Below, one piece after another: positions 1 through 12,353 of a stretch of DNA of 64,000 nt. The DNA comes from Chrysemys picta bellii (Eukaryota). The stretch's first letter is position 1. Each line of letters starts with the position of its first letter. A program made the translations under genes and the position numbers. Below the pieces are notes generated by a model. The model worked only from the letters and a program-made list of their open reading frames with translations, was not told the DNA's origin and searched no databases. The DNA is taken from NCBI RefSeq assembly GCF_011386835.1, contig NC_088795.1, positions 103,788,001-103,852,000 of the forward strand, written 5' to 3'.

Positions 1-3000
1 GCTTTTTCATATATGTAACCATGCAGTAACTGCCTTTTCATATTAAAACCACTGGGAAAGGTACGACTCAAATAACTTTTGCTAGTAGTTGGAACCCTAA
101 TTATGATCCCCTGGAATAACAAACACGGGCCAGGAGCTGAGAGCTAATTCAGTATGGTCCCAGATGTATGGGGATGTAGGGGAAAAGGGTAATAAAAAAG
201 ACTGTGACACCTAACCACTAGTTGGGACATTGGGATGACAGGAAGGTGGAATCTTTATAATTATTCCCACATACGGTGATTCTCCACTTCCTATTCTTTC
301 CATCTTCATTTCTGATGGTCTCCATAATGTTGTGAGTATGCACAATGCAAGGGGTCATTTTGCTATACTTATTTTTCTTTTCTGAGGATGCTAAAATACT
401 AGTATGGATCTGAGTACAAAATAGAGTCTTCATGTGTATTGTACATGACTCACAAACTCATTTCCTGTAACAAACCTCAAGTAGCCTCCTGAGTAAAAGA
501 ACCTGTTATTAGTGACTTGCTCATTTGACACCCTAAATTAATCAAATCTTACACTGATGAGCTATTGCTTTTCCATTCCAAAAAGGGGAAATACTTAAAA
601 GAAATCAATTATACATCAAACCCAGATGCTGTCTTTTGGGGCCTACATAGTATGCTTTATAGAAAGATGGGGAAATATACTTTCTCAATGAATACATATT
701 TTTGTATTGTTTACAATGGATTATTTTGCTTATGCAACAGAACAACAAATGAGAGCTAGCACCAAAGAAAGGGGAGTCTTTCTTGTGATTGTAATTAAAT
801 CACCATGATCACAAGGTAAAATTTGATCCATCTGACACTGGCAGCATGACTTTTCTATAATCATGGATTTCTCTCCTGAGGAGAACACCATCCTATTTCA
901 CTACTCCACTCACACTGTCCAAACAGCCAAAACTGACTGGATCAAAAGCAAATATGCCCACATACCACTGGATGACTACACTGTTTTGTGAGTGCTTCAC
1001 TCAACAGTCAATTAGTTAATACTCTCATCAGCACTTTGAATAAACAGGTTCAGTGCCATTTAGTCTGCAAAATCATCTAGCTGCAAGGGAAAGTAACAAA
1101 TCATTCCTTTCCTTACACTGCCTTAAACATACTTTAACTTGTTTGGCAGGTTATAAAAACAAATTAAAACCTCTAATAAACTTCCACTTTCGGATTAAGG
1201 ATCTCAGAGTTCCTGCTGAGCTCCAGCAGTTGATATTTAAGCTAAGTGAATGTCTTGCTCGTTACTGCTATACAAATTAAATTATTGTGATCAGACAAGA
1301 ACTTAACTTTTCCTTGTCTGAGTGAAAATGGAGAGAAAAATCTAGTGCATGAAAGAAAAAGGCCAACCAAGTCTGAATCTTGCTGTGTACTGTGTGATAA
1401 GGGAACATAATTTAAAATAATTAGATACATTTGTATCAACGATGTTCTAGTTACCAAAGCTATCTTGCAACTTCAAACTATTTCCACACACACACACAGA
1501 GTACATCTACAGTGTATCTTCTATAAATCAATACCATTGTAGTTCTATTTGGACAAAGTATTAGTTATTTCCTCACCCAATCTATCCTGCCAAACTGCTG
1601 TGTACTTTTAAATATAGTTTTCACATTTCACCCATAGGTAGCTGCCTTCTTTGGTGGGTGAAGTGATTCCTATTAATACAGAGAGATTGTAAAGTCCTTT
1701 AAAATCTTCCTGGATTAAAAATGTTGTACAGAGTCAGCATATTCTGGTTCAAGCCTTCTCAGCTGGTATACCAGGACTCCTGTCAGTTGAGAAGGATCAT
1801 ACCCACACATGAAGAAAAAGAAAAGTCAGCAAGATACTGTGAGTGCCAGGTCACAGAAGGAACAGCTTGCATCCTTTCCATTCCTCTTCTTCCTGCCTAC
1901 ACTGTCTAGTCCCTACCCATCCACAGCAGTTCTATCCCTTCATTCCTCCCCCTGCCTACAAAGCACTCCATTTAGGAGTAAGGGAAATGGCTCATCGGTC
2001 TCTTAAAACAGTGCTACCCTGGAACTGAGTGCTGTCAGACAGGGAGTTCATCCACATATAGTCAACACAAGGAATATGATCAGTATAGTAAAGCCATATT
2101 TGTTTTTGTCTTATTTCTTCTTCAGTCATGACATAGGGCCAAATTTAGCCTAGACATAATTAGGTGCTAGTCCATTGATAACAAAATTATGGAATTAAAA
2201 AGTACATTCTGGATTCGAAGCAATACAGTACAAATAGAACATGCCTCATGAATGTGTATGTGACACCATAGTTATGAATTAAAAATAATTTAGAGATATA
2301 GTATATAACCAAATCCATGCATATGTCACTTTGGTGGTCACATGTCAAATATGTGCAGGAAAGAGGTGGGATTGTGTAAGAATGATACAAGGAGTTTTAT
2401 AACCAACAGCTGAAGTATTATAACCTGGAGCAGAATTTTATGGAAATAGTATATGATATTGTGCTAACTATACAATAGCTCCATTGGGAAATTTCAGAAC
2501 GCCCAATCAATTGTGGTAACATGATAAATAAGTTATGTCACCAATGGAATTAATTTATGAAACTATAGTTTGTTATCCCTTTGTTTGTGAATGAAATGAT
2601 AGAGTTTAAAGACCAACTAGAGAAAGCTAAAAGCAAGAAAATCAGAAGCTAACAAAGTGGGTTGCATAATATGTTGCCTAACAAAAGATTCTAAATGTAT
2701 ACAATGTATTACTGAAAGGTGACATAACATTATTGTTAATGTTGAAGATAAGTTTGTATAAAAGTTATCATTACATAACCAGGAGAAATGAGGGAAGAGC
2801 AGAACAGTTCAAATCTATATTTAATGGAGTTCAATTAATCATGCAGAGGAATGGGGGCATTTAAGATAAGAGCTGAAATCATTCCAGTTTAGAAGAGGGC
2901 AATGCTGAAGAATCTATCCTCTTACTTATCATATTGTGTAATTAACATGCACACTTTCCTGTTGTGGCCAAGTTGTCCAAATCAGCTAGCCAGAATTTGT

Positions 3001-5127
3001 TTTGTTAAGCAGGGACTGTGCCAGAGTTACAGTTAGGGTACACTTTTTCAGATTGTGGAGGATCAAAACCAGGAAAAAAATATCCATTTGTTCCACTGCA
3101 CCTCAGTTATTTAAATCATGTAATGATACATGTCTCATACAGGCCTAAAGAAGTCCCAAATATTATGATTTGGGGGGGGGGGGGGGAAACACAACAATAT
3201 TGGCCCTCAAAGGAGCAACTGCAGTAATTGTAATGAAATCCCACATATCTTAAAGAACTTGTAAGGGAACAGAACACTGAGCAGTTTCCAGGCAGACCAA
3301 TGCCAGAATGCCCCCTACAGTAACTCTTTAGCATCAGTCCAATTAGCATACCGCAAGTCATCATGCAATGTATTAGTGCAATATATATGACACATGGGTT
3401 GTCCTACTGTCTAGTTGTATCACTACTGTACAGGGATTGCAATTCAGGACCCAATTTCGATGTATCTGTATTGGTATAGCAAAGGCTGAAAGCACAGGAG
3501 AGAGAGAGTGTTCAGCTCCTTGGGAAAGGAACAAACTACAATTCTCCCTGGTGAATACCAGTAGTGGACTTGAATGGTTCCTACAGGAACCAACTCTAAT
3601 GTCTCTTCTACCATGGTTGTAAAGCAGAACCTTTGAACATAAAAATCAACTTAAGAAAAAAATGCTTGTATTAAAAGAATCTCTTCAATCTGCAAAGTAC
3701 CTTTTCATTTTTGAAGAATCTGCCCCTGCTGGGATTTAAAATAGGGTTCCTTGGATCCAACAGCTGTAGCTCCACAACTGGAGCTAAAATACAATATTTA
3801 ATAGCTCTCAGCAGTGATACCACTCAGATCCTCTTTCCAGCCACTAGCAGGGAAGTCCATTATAATTCACTGCTGTCTGAAAAAAAAAACAGTATCAGTC
3901 CACTGGAAATCTGAGAAGCCCCTTTCAGTACTACTTTGAATTAAGTTAAGAACCAGCACTTCAGTAGTCCCACAACTGGTGATGCAGCACTTCAGTAGCA
4001 CATTGCCAGCCTCATCAAACTCCAGAAATATTCCTGGAAATCCCAGGACTGCTTTCAAAGCAGCTGTGTAGTGCCAGTGAAGACCATCTAGTTAATAAGG
4101 AGAGTTTCCAGCTGTTTAGCAATCCACTTATTACCTGACACTCCTTTACAGCAGGGGAGCTTCTTGGGCATACTTGATGTAGAGACAGGCCTTATGGCAC
4201 AGCCTCAGAGACTTAAAAGAACTGTACAGAGCTACAGTAAATTTCACAACTTCCATACCATCTTATGTTATCAATTAATCTGCTTTACACACAGATTATT
4301 TTTATTAATGTGCAAGCAATTGAGCTATAGGAAGCCAAGAGAATGTGCCACTTGAAAAAGAAGGGGAAAAAAAGCTCATGTTTTTTGTTTTTCTGCCTAC
4401 ACTGCTGAATTCTGCCATTACCCTGATTAGAATTCATTTGGATTCCTTCCAAACGTATTTTCTGTAAGTGTTTCCTAGCTATTTCTAGCTTTTCAGTGGT
4501 ACATATTCTGTATATTGTGACAAGAATGTTTGAAGTTCAAACAGCAGTCTGAAGCTATGTTTAGGCAAATTGAAAACTGACCTGTGATAAGCTGAAAATG
4601 TATTCTGTCCATTCAAAGAAGATCCAAGCCTACTGTCAAAATAGTGTATGTACATTTTAAAAGCATTAGGTTCCACTTGCCTTACTTCACTCGTTCTGCC
4701 AGATCCTTAGTGTAAATTTTTAATGTCTTCCCTGCTCTGCAGATCAAAGCTCATACCCATCTTCCTGTGTTTGACCAAAACAGCTATTTTATGTGCTTAG
4801 TTTATTCTGGATCTGTGTCACGTGAAACTAAGTTTATCGGGTCTGTTGCATGAATTGAATCATGAAGCACTTGATAGGAGTATGCTTGCTGCAGAACAGG
4901 GCTACATATAGCAAGATGATATGTTGCATGACATGTGGCCTGTAAGATAACAGATTGTTCAAAAAAGACCTATGGAACTATGGTAGAACTTGAATGTGAA
5001 AAGAACATGAAGACATTTCTACAGTATACATCACTGTACACATAGTCATTTTAGAACAACACAAGGTGTTTTAGTCATCCAGCTATTAACTTTCCGTCCC
5101 CTTTGGGGGAAATAAAAATAAATTAAT

Positions 5128-5509
5128 GGGAGCTGGTTGGAAAATGTCCAACTTTTGTTGGAATTTGCCAATTCAGCAAAATATAAGTGTTCCATGAAGA
5201 CTGCCTGATTTCACGGAAGTTCCAAAAGAACAAGGGCAGAAACTTGCCTGGTTTCATTCCAGCTCAATGCCTTGTTCTTTGGCAGCCCAGACTTCCAAAG
5301 TCCATATATACTCTCCAGGGGCTGGGAGCCTTAGGAATTCCAGGGTATACAGTTCCAGAATCGCCCACTAGACAGACTGCCCTGGGGTCTCATTCCCTTT
5401 TGCAGAAAATTTAAAAATATTTGGTTTTCAGTCCTAACTGGAATGAAACTAAAGTTTGAAATATAAAAATGCTCTGCAAAATGGAATTACCTTTCTCCAC
5501 CCAGCTCTA
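5128..5509. mobile_element. Degenerate non-autonomous TIR element (GAGCTGG...CCAGCTCTA ends)
   Basis: Left end gggagctggttgg and right end cccagctcta are imperfect inverted termini. The AT-rich subterminal segments resemble other fragments in the window. No clear TSD. Confidence 0.35.
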
Positions 5510-7543
5510 AAAGCAACACTAGACCAAATAATGACAAAGAAACAACTTATGTAACAAATTGCTGTCAGAAAATACCATATTATATTTCTTGTCCATAATC
5601 CTAATTAAAATTACTTCATGAAATTTCATTTACTTGAAGTCAGCATCCTAAAGCTGACTTTTGTGTTGTCCCTCATAATTCTAATGTGTCATGTCCAATG
5701 CCCATTAAATTTAATATATTACCCACATACAATTGTATTTATCATACTTATCTCATTTACTAGAATTATATTGTTATTCTGAATTTCATATGTCAAATTT
5801 TTAGTGTTCTAGGTGAGTAAGATAACTCACATTTTGTTACTGTAATGTAACTTGATATTGAAAAAATATTAGCACACAATGTATGTTTCAGTGAACAGTT
5901 GCCTGAACTTCTCATAGGTCCTTAATCTATAATGTCTATTTCTTCAAACACACACAGTCAAATATTGTGGATTATCTTTTATCATAAGTTTTATTTTGTT
6001 TTATTTTCCAGAGTTGCAACATCTAAAATCACAATGGGTGAACCTCAAAGCTTCTGGAGATTTGGATTTCTGATCCTGCAAATCCCTATTGTTGTCAGTG
6101 AGACTATTCAGAAGAGGTAAAACCAAAGAAAGTTAGAGGAAATAGGAGTGGATTGAATGAACTACACAGTAGTGTTGAAGAAGACAGTAAGAGGATCTAA
6201 AATATAGGGGGTAACATGTTTCTCTCATGCCTGTTATCTGTGGGTACCCCTATCCAGCTCACATAAGAAAAGACTTCTCACAACTGGAAAGGTTTGCAGG
6301 TTCAACCCTTTAATATGATTCAGATCAGCATTCAAATATTTGAAAGATTATGTGAAGTTTAACCTAATCTGTGCAAATCTCATTAAGACTGTTAAATTAG
6401 ATTAGAAATCTGGCTGGAAAAAAGACTTCCCTGCTTCTATTTGGGCTGGTATCACATCATATCATATCACATCATAAGAACAGCATATCTTCAAGTATTT
6501 ATGTACTTTGCTTATGACCAAAACCAGATATCAAATTCAAAGAAAATGAAATGTATGAAATAAAAAAATAAAAAAGGAACAGTTTTCTTTGTACCTTTTC
6601 TAATTTTATGAAATATTGGGGACTAGGGAATTCTTCTTTTAATTGTAACATAAGGGACATAAACTTTAGATAAATGGTCTTTTTCAACGTTATTTGATTT
6701 ATCCAATCTTAATAACAGAGAGCTCAAGAAATAATTTGAAACTTTGTATACTTTTTCTTTGACATTTTTACTTTGATGGTTACTAATTCCTTGAGAACAG
6801 AGAGAACCTCTATGGGCTGAATTTCTCTTGATCCTTTCCCAACAGATTCCATTTTCACCAGGAAAAGAAGATCGTTCTTGTTTTTTTGAAAAACAGTTTC
6901 AAGCATTACTTAATTTGTAATGAAAGAAGTGCTAGTGCTCAAGCAATTTTTTTTATATTCATAACTGATGCACAGAACCCGGGGTGCTGGAGCTATGAAC
7001 TTCCAAGCCTAGAGGTGCTGGGTCTCAGCCCTGGCACAAATTAAGCACTGGTTTCAAGAGGTGTTAAAGGTGAACCCGACAATAAGCAGAGACAGTTTAC
7101 TCCAAGCTGTTAATAAGGAGTGACTGGAGATCTCTGAGGATATTAACATAAAGCTGAAACTACTAACAGTTGTTACATTTTTACTTGGTTTTATGGTTTT
7201 ATGATTGAAGAAAAGTTATTTCTGAAATACTGTTCATAGTGTGTTAGAAATAACTTTAAAGTTTATAACAGTTGTGAAAGAGAATAAACAAGACACAGGG
7301 AAAAAATGAGGTTTTGAGGGGATTGATGTCAGTTCTATGTCCACAATACATTTCAGTGGATATGTAACACTATTGTTGGGGCTCGGAGTTCAGTATTTGT
7401 AGATACTTACTTGGATGAATATCTTTTCTGACAAAATAACCCCCATATAACATTTTGGGCTAAGAGATAGCTCCAGAATATTGAGACATAATTAAGAATT
7501 GTAAAGACTTATGAACATTACAGGAATAAGGCATATTGACTAA

Positions 7544-7819
7544 GGCTATGTCCTCACTACGGGGGGGTGTGTCAATTTAAGATGCGCAAATATTCGCGTA
7601 GCTGAATTCGACGTATCGGAGCCGACTTACCCCACTGTGAGGACAGCGGCAAATCGACCTCCGCGGCTCCCCCATTGACGGTGCTTACTCCTACCTCCGC
7701 TGGTGGAGTACAAGCGTCGATTCGGGGATCGAATGTCGTGTCCCGACGAGACACGATAATTCAATCCCCAAGAGATCGATTTCTACACGCCGATTAAGGC
7801 GAGTAGTGTAGACGTAGCC
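7544..7819. mobile_element. PIF/Harbinger-type MITE
   Basis: Termini ggctatgtcctcacta / tagtgtagacgtagcc, 3-bp TAA TSD (7541-7543, 7820-7822), CpG-rich and internally palindromic. Confidence 0.85.
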
Positions 7820-9339
7820 TAAGAACATACTTGAGAACAACAAATATTCAAAAAGACGCCATTAACCCTCAAGCTGCTTCAGATGCCTGCAGGTGTCTTC
7901 CAAATGAATTTATTTTTCTACCAAGCAAGGGAAAATGCAAGTAGCTCCAAGGTTTCTTTTTATGGAAATATGTAAGTAAATCTATGAGATCCATAAAGTT
8001 TTTGCTTCAGTAGCAGATGCAGTAGGTGGTTTATGGGTAGAAAACACCAACCTACCTATAGAGATAGAAATATTTTTCATAACAGGTTTGTCCTCTAATG
8101 TTCAAATACAGCTGTTTGTTTGTTTTGCTTGTTTTGTTTGGTACAATAATTTAGAATTTTGTGCAGCTTGAACATTTCCTCTCCTGGATATGCAAAAAAT
8201 TAATTTTAGATAACATTAGTTCGATAAACAAATCTTACCAATGGAAGTTAGGCACCTAAGCACCTTTGAAAAAAAACCAGGTGCCTATTTGTACCTTTAG
8301 GTACCTAAAAACATTTACAAATCTGTCACTAAGGAGCCTAAGTCATTTAGGTGTTTTTGGGAAAAAATACCCCTTTTCAGTGCAAATGTTTATTGTGTTG
8401 GAACATGACCGTATAGAGTTAATAGGCCTAATCTTGCTTCAGGTGAAGTCAATAATAAAACTCCCATCGACTTCAGTGGTAAAGAATCAGGCAGATGTGA
8501 ACTAATGTGATGCTAACATGACTTTCTAGTAAATGCAGACAGGGAAAATGTTATGCTTAGAATTGCTTCAGCTAATCATGTTTAAACTCTGACACCAGTT
8601 TAACCATGACTACCTGTCACAATCCTAAAGGCTATTTGTCCTTGTCTACCTTAGTGCAGAGTCACTACCTAACATTGTGCTAATTGGATCATCAAGGTTA
8701 TACTTTACTGTGATAATATTTTGTAGTTGAGACAAGCCCTCTGTGAAAGAGCACAGGAAAAAATGAGTGAATCTTGGACATTAAAGATAAAGGGAATTCA
8801 ATTTTGCTGAGTAAAGATGGCAGGAGTAGCTCCCTATCTTTTCAGTTACCAGATTATTCATTATAAATATTTAATATTTTATCTACATTATTGTAAAAAA
8901 AAAACCACAGAGTTCTGTGAAAAGTATAGTTTACTATCATATCTATAGTTGCAAGTTAATATTACCTGAGTACTTTTTAATTTATTTGTTATAAATTTAG
9001 ACATCTCGATCAGTGAAAGCCTATCTGAAATATTTCAAGTGTCTGTTTTAAAACCTGGGACAGGACATATCTTATGTAAATGCTTTATCTAGATTTCAGA
9101 GAAGTGATGCTAAGAAACAAGAACGTACAAAAGACTAAGAAAAGTATATTACTATCTTAAGGAAAATAAAATAGCCAATATAAGGTTAAGAATGTTGATA
9201 TTACAAATATGATCACAGGCCAGTCCTTAGATATAAGTAGAATTTCCATGCCTCTTAAATAAAAAAAAAATAGAAGTGAAAATTTAAGAAAGGAATTTTG
9301 AGTTAAAAAGAAATGACAGACAAATTGTAACAACAGACC

Positions 9340-9600
9340 AAAAAATGGTACTCCCTCAGCTGGAGTACAGCTGTGTCCAATTTATGTTCCTTGTCATGTA
9401 GTAAGGATTGAAAAGGTGCAGGGCAATGGTAGTTAGAAGCATGGGAAAGATTTACATACAATGAAAGATTGAAAAAATAAAAGTAAGACTATTTATCTTG
9501 GAAAAGGAATGAGTTGGAAGGGAACTGACAGATGTTCAAAGTTACACAGGATATAACGAAAACTAATTAGTCCCTTCTTTTAGTCTTATCCCATTGCAGA
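9340..9600 (+). mobile_element. Old CR1 LINE 3' fragment
   Basis: ctcagctggagtac...tgtgtccaattt...aaggtgcag...ttggaaaagga resembles the C-terminal region of CR1 ORF2 and the better-preserved copy at 38.2-38.4 kb. Confidence 0.55.
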
Positions 9601-9861
9601 ACTGGTGAATGTTTATAATTATGATTTAACATATATAGATATGTCTGCTAAAATTAAGACAATCAATAATCATTCTGCAACTGATCATTTGTGAGGGCCA
9701 GAGGGATTTTTTTCTCTCACTTCTGCCACATGTAGGGTGATGCACAATGGGCTAGAACAGGATAGCAACAACGGGGCTTACAGAAATAGCTACTATACCT
9801 GATAGTAAGTTATAGGCCACTTTTGAATATTTGGCTTACATGACTGAATAGATGTAACTAA

Positions 9862-10156
9862 GGGCTGGTCCACACTAACCCCCCAGTTCAAACTAAGATA
9901 CGCAACTTCAGCTACGTGAATAACATAGCTGAAGTCGAAGTATCTTAGTTCGAACTACAAGGTACTTACCGCGGGTCCACACGCAGCAGGCAGGCTCCCC
10001 CGTTGACTCTGCATACTCCTCTCACGGAGCAGGAGTACCGGTGTCGACGGCGAGCACTTCCGGGATCGATTTATCGCGTCTAGACAAGACGCAATAAATC
10101 AATCCCAGAAGATCGATTGCTTACTGCCGAACCTGGAGGTAAGTATAGATGTACCC
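9862..10156. mobile_element. PIF/Harbinger-type MITE related to 7544-7819
   Basis: Termini gggctggtccacact / agtatagatgtaccc, TAA TSD (9859-9861, 10157-10159), shared internal gggatcga...aatccc...agatcgatt block. Confidence 0.85.
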
Positions 10157-10803
10157 TAAGAGAACATTTTCAAGAACAGGAGCCTAAAGTTAAGCCTCTA
10201 AATCTATTTCAGGCAAATGCCTGATTTGAAAATATGTAACTCTGAGTCTACCTTTAGGTTCATATGTTTGAAATTCTTGTCCTAAACACTTAAAATACAG
10301 TGTGAATATTTTGTACTTACGAAATAACTTAAAATGAAATAATTCAAAATGTTTTTTTTTAGCTGCTTGATTTTAGGAATTAGGCAATTCTTTCCAAACC
10401 TGGGCCTGATCCTACATGCTTTTGTAAATTCATGTAACTTTACTGATCATTATATTACATTGTGGGACAATCAGATTATGTCTTGTCCTGAAGGGTGGGT
10501 TTCTGGGGTTCGGGAGTAGGAAGAAAAGGATGGAGTCTTCCGTCCTACTGTACCCTACTGGGGCTAGGTGCAGTCCCAATCCTTGTGCTCAGAGAACTCA
10601 AGGAAAGCTCAAATCCTGTTGCTAGCACTATCATCTCCCCCAACAGTTATCAGAGCTCAGTCTGTGTGCAGTTTCAGAATAGAGTCTTCCCCTGCTGCAC
10701 TCAGTTACAAGGTGTCACTGTGAGTTCTGCTTGCCCATATCACTCTGACAAGGAGTCTGGTGGCACCTTAAAGACTAACAGATTTATTTGGGCATAAGCT
10801 TTC

Positions 10804-11529
10804 GTGAGTAAAAACAAGGACAATAACAGAACACCACTGGCCATCACATACAGCCCCCAGCTAAAACCTCTCCAGCGCATTATCCACGATCTACAACCTA
10901 TCCTGGAAAATGATCCCTCACTCTCACAGACCTTGGGAGGCAGGCCAGTCCTCGCTTACAGACAACCCCCCAACCTGAAGCAAATACTCACCAGCAACTA
11001 CACACCACACCACAGAAACATCAACCCAGGAACCTATCCCTGTAGCAAACCTCGTTGCCTACTCTGTCCCCATATCTACTCTGGAAACAGCATCACAGGA
11101 CCCAACCGCATCAGCCACACCATCAGGGGCTCATTCACCTGCACATCCACTAATGTCATATATGCCATCATGTGCCAGCAATGCCCCTCTGCCATGTACA
11201 TTGGCCAAACCGGACAGACCCTCCGCAAAAGAATAAATGGACACAAATCGGACATCAGGAATGGTAACATACATAAGCCAGTAAGTGAACACTTCAATCT
11301 CCCTGGTCATTCTATTACAGATTTAAAAGTCACTATCATTGAACAAAAAAACTTCAGAAACAGACTTCAAAGAGAAAGAGCAGAACTAAAATTCATTTGC
11401 AAATTCAACACCATTAATCTGGGCTTGAATAGGGACTGGGAGTGGCTGGCTCACTACAGAAGCAGCTTTTCCTCTCCTGGAATTGACACCTCCTCATCTA
11501 TTATTGGGAATGGACTACATCCACCCTGA
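10804..11529 (+). CDS. Penelope-like GIY-YIG endonuclease, C-terminal part of the RT-EN ORF (5'-truncated; true homology starts about 10816)
   Basis: Uninterrupted 241-aa frame with Cys-rich linker CSKPRCLLC, NVIYAIMC...MYIGQTG (GIY-YIG variant), downstream R...H, ERAE and GLNRDWEW motifs typical of Penelope endonucleases. The first four codons come from the inverted arm. Confidence 0.9.
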   Translation: MSKNKDNNRTPLAITYSPQLKPLQRIIHDLQPILENDPSLSQTLGGRPVLAYRQPPNLKQILTSNYTPHHRNINPGTYPCSKPRCLLCPHIYSGNSITGPNRISHTIRGSFTCTSTNVIYAIMCQQCPSAMYIGQTGQTLRKRINGHKSDIRNGNIHKPVSEHFNLPGHSITDLKVTIIEQKNFRNRLQRERAELKFICKFNTINLGLNRDWEWLAHYRSSFSSPGIDTSSSIIGNGLHPP

Positions 11530-11628
11530 TTGAATTGGCCCTGTCAACACTGGTTCTCCACTTGTGAAGTAACTCCCTGCTCTCCATGTGTCAGTATATA
11601 ATGCCTGCATCTGTAACTTTCACTCTAT

Positions 11629-11669
11629 GCATCCGAAGAAGTGAGGTTTTTACTCACGAAAGCTTATGC
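11629..11669 (+). ncRNA. Minimal type I hammerhead ribozyme motif
   Basis: GCAU-CCGAAGA-A-GUGAG-(GUUUUUA)-CUCAC-GAA-AGCU-U-AUGC: stem I GCAU/AUGC, core CCGAAGA and GAAA, 5-bp stem II, palindromic AGCU stem III. Predicted cleavage after 11665. Confidence 0.8.
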
Positions 11670-12256
11670 CCAAATAAATCTGTTAGTCTTTAAGGTGCCA
11701 CCAGACTCCTTGTTGTTTTTGTAGATACAGACTAACACGGCTACCCCCTGATACTTGACATATCACTCTGAGACATTCCATCCACCACAAGTACAAAGTT
11801 TTCAGGAAGTCCTGCTGTATTGGTGCACCTTGCCATTCCAGCACATTTAATGCCTAAGGACTCTGTTTTAAAGGCACAATTCAGCTCATAATGTTGACAA
11901 ATGATTGTTTCATATATTCCCTAAATGAACATATTCTTCTTAATATCCATTGATCTACCAGGATAAACTTATTTTTATATAATTCTATAGAATATATACA
12001 CTGATATTTGGCAGAAAATATGAAACCATTCAAGCATTAAACTGGAGAATATACCAGGTTGCTTTACTTAGACTAATAGCACCTGATATATTTGAAAATT
12101 TGCACACATGTAAAGAAAGGGATAGATGTACATCAGCACAGGCAATGATCTTGGTTGAATTGTTCTGTAACTGTGTTCCATTTTCAAACTGATTACTCCT
12201 GGGATGAAGAAAGAAATTTGATGGATCACTAAACATAGTACATTATGTAGAGAAAA

Positions 12257-12353
12257 TATCAGAGGGGTAGCCTAGTTAGTCTGGATCTATAAAAAGCAAC
12301 AGAGGGTCCTGTAGCACCTTTAAGACTAACAAATATATTGGAGCATAAGCTTT
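12257..12353 (-). mobile_element. Penelope 3'-terminal fragment starting at hammerhead stem III
   Basis: Reverse complement matches 11659-11753 (aaagcttatgc...ctacccctctgata). Flanked by tagagaaa at 12248-12255 and 12353-12360, a probable TSD. Confidence 0.85.

Larger units (their letters stand above)
10749..11758 (+). mobile_element. 5'-truncated Penelope-like retroelement with 67-bp inverted 5' arm
   Basis: 13-bp TSD catatcactctga (10736-10748, 11759-11771). 10749-10815 is an exact inverted copy of 11646-11712. Contains a GIY-YIG ORF and a hammerhead motif. Confidence 0.95.

Noticed and set aside
1-209. Possible LTR 3' end finishing in tgtgaca
   Set aside because: Only the terminal motif supports it; the start lies outside the window and no PBS or TSD can be tested.
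3172-3185. Poly-G run as a G-quadruplex element
   Set aside because: An isolated homopolymer of uncertain length with no supporting context.
10804-10815. GTG start of the 241-aa ORF as a genuine initiation site
   Set aside because: It lies in the inverted arm and is in frame with the truncated ORF by accident of the junction.
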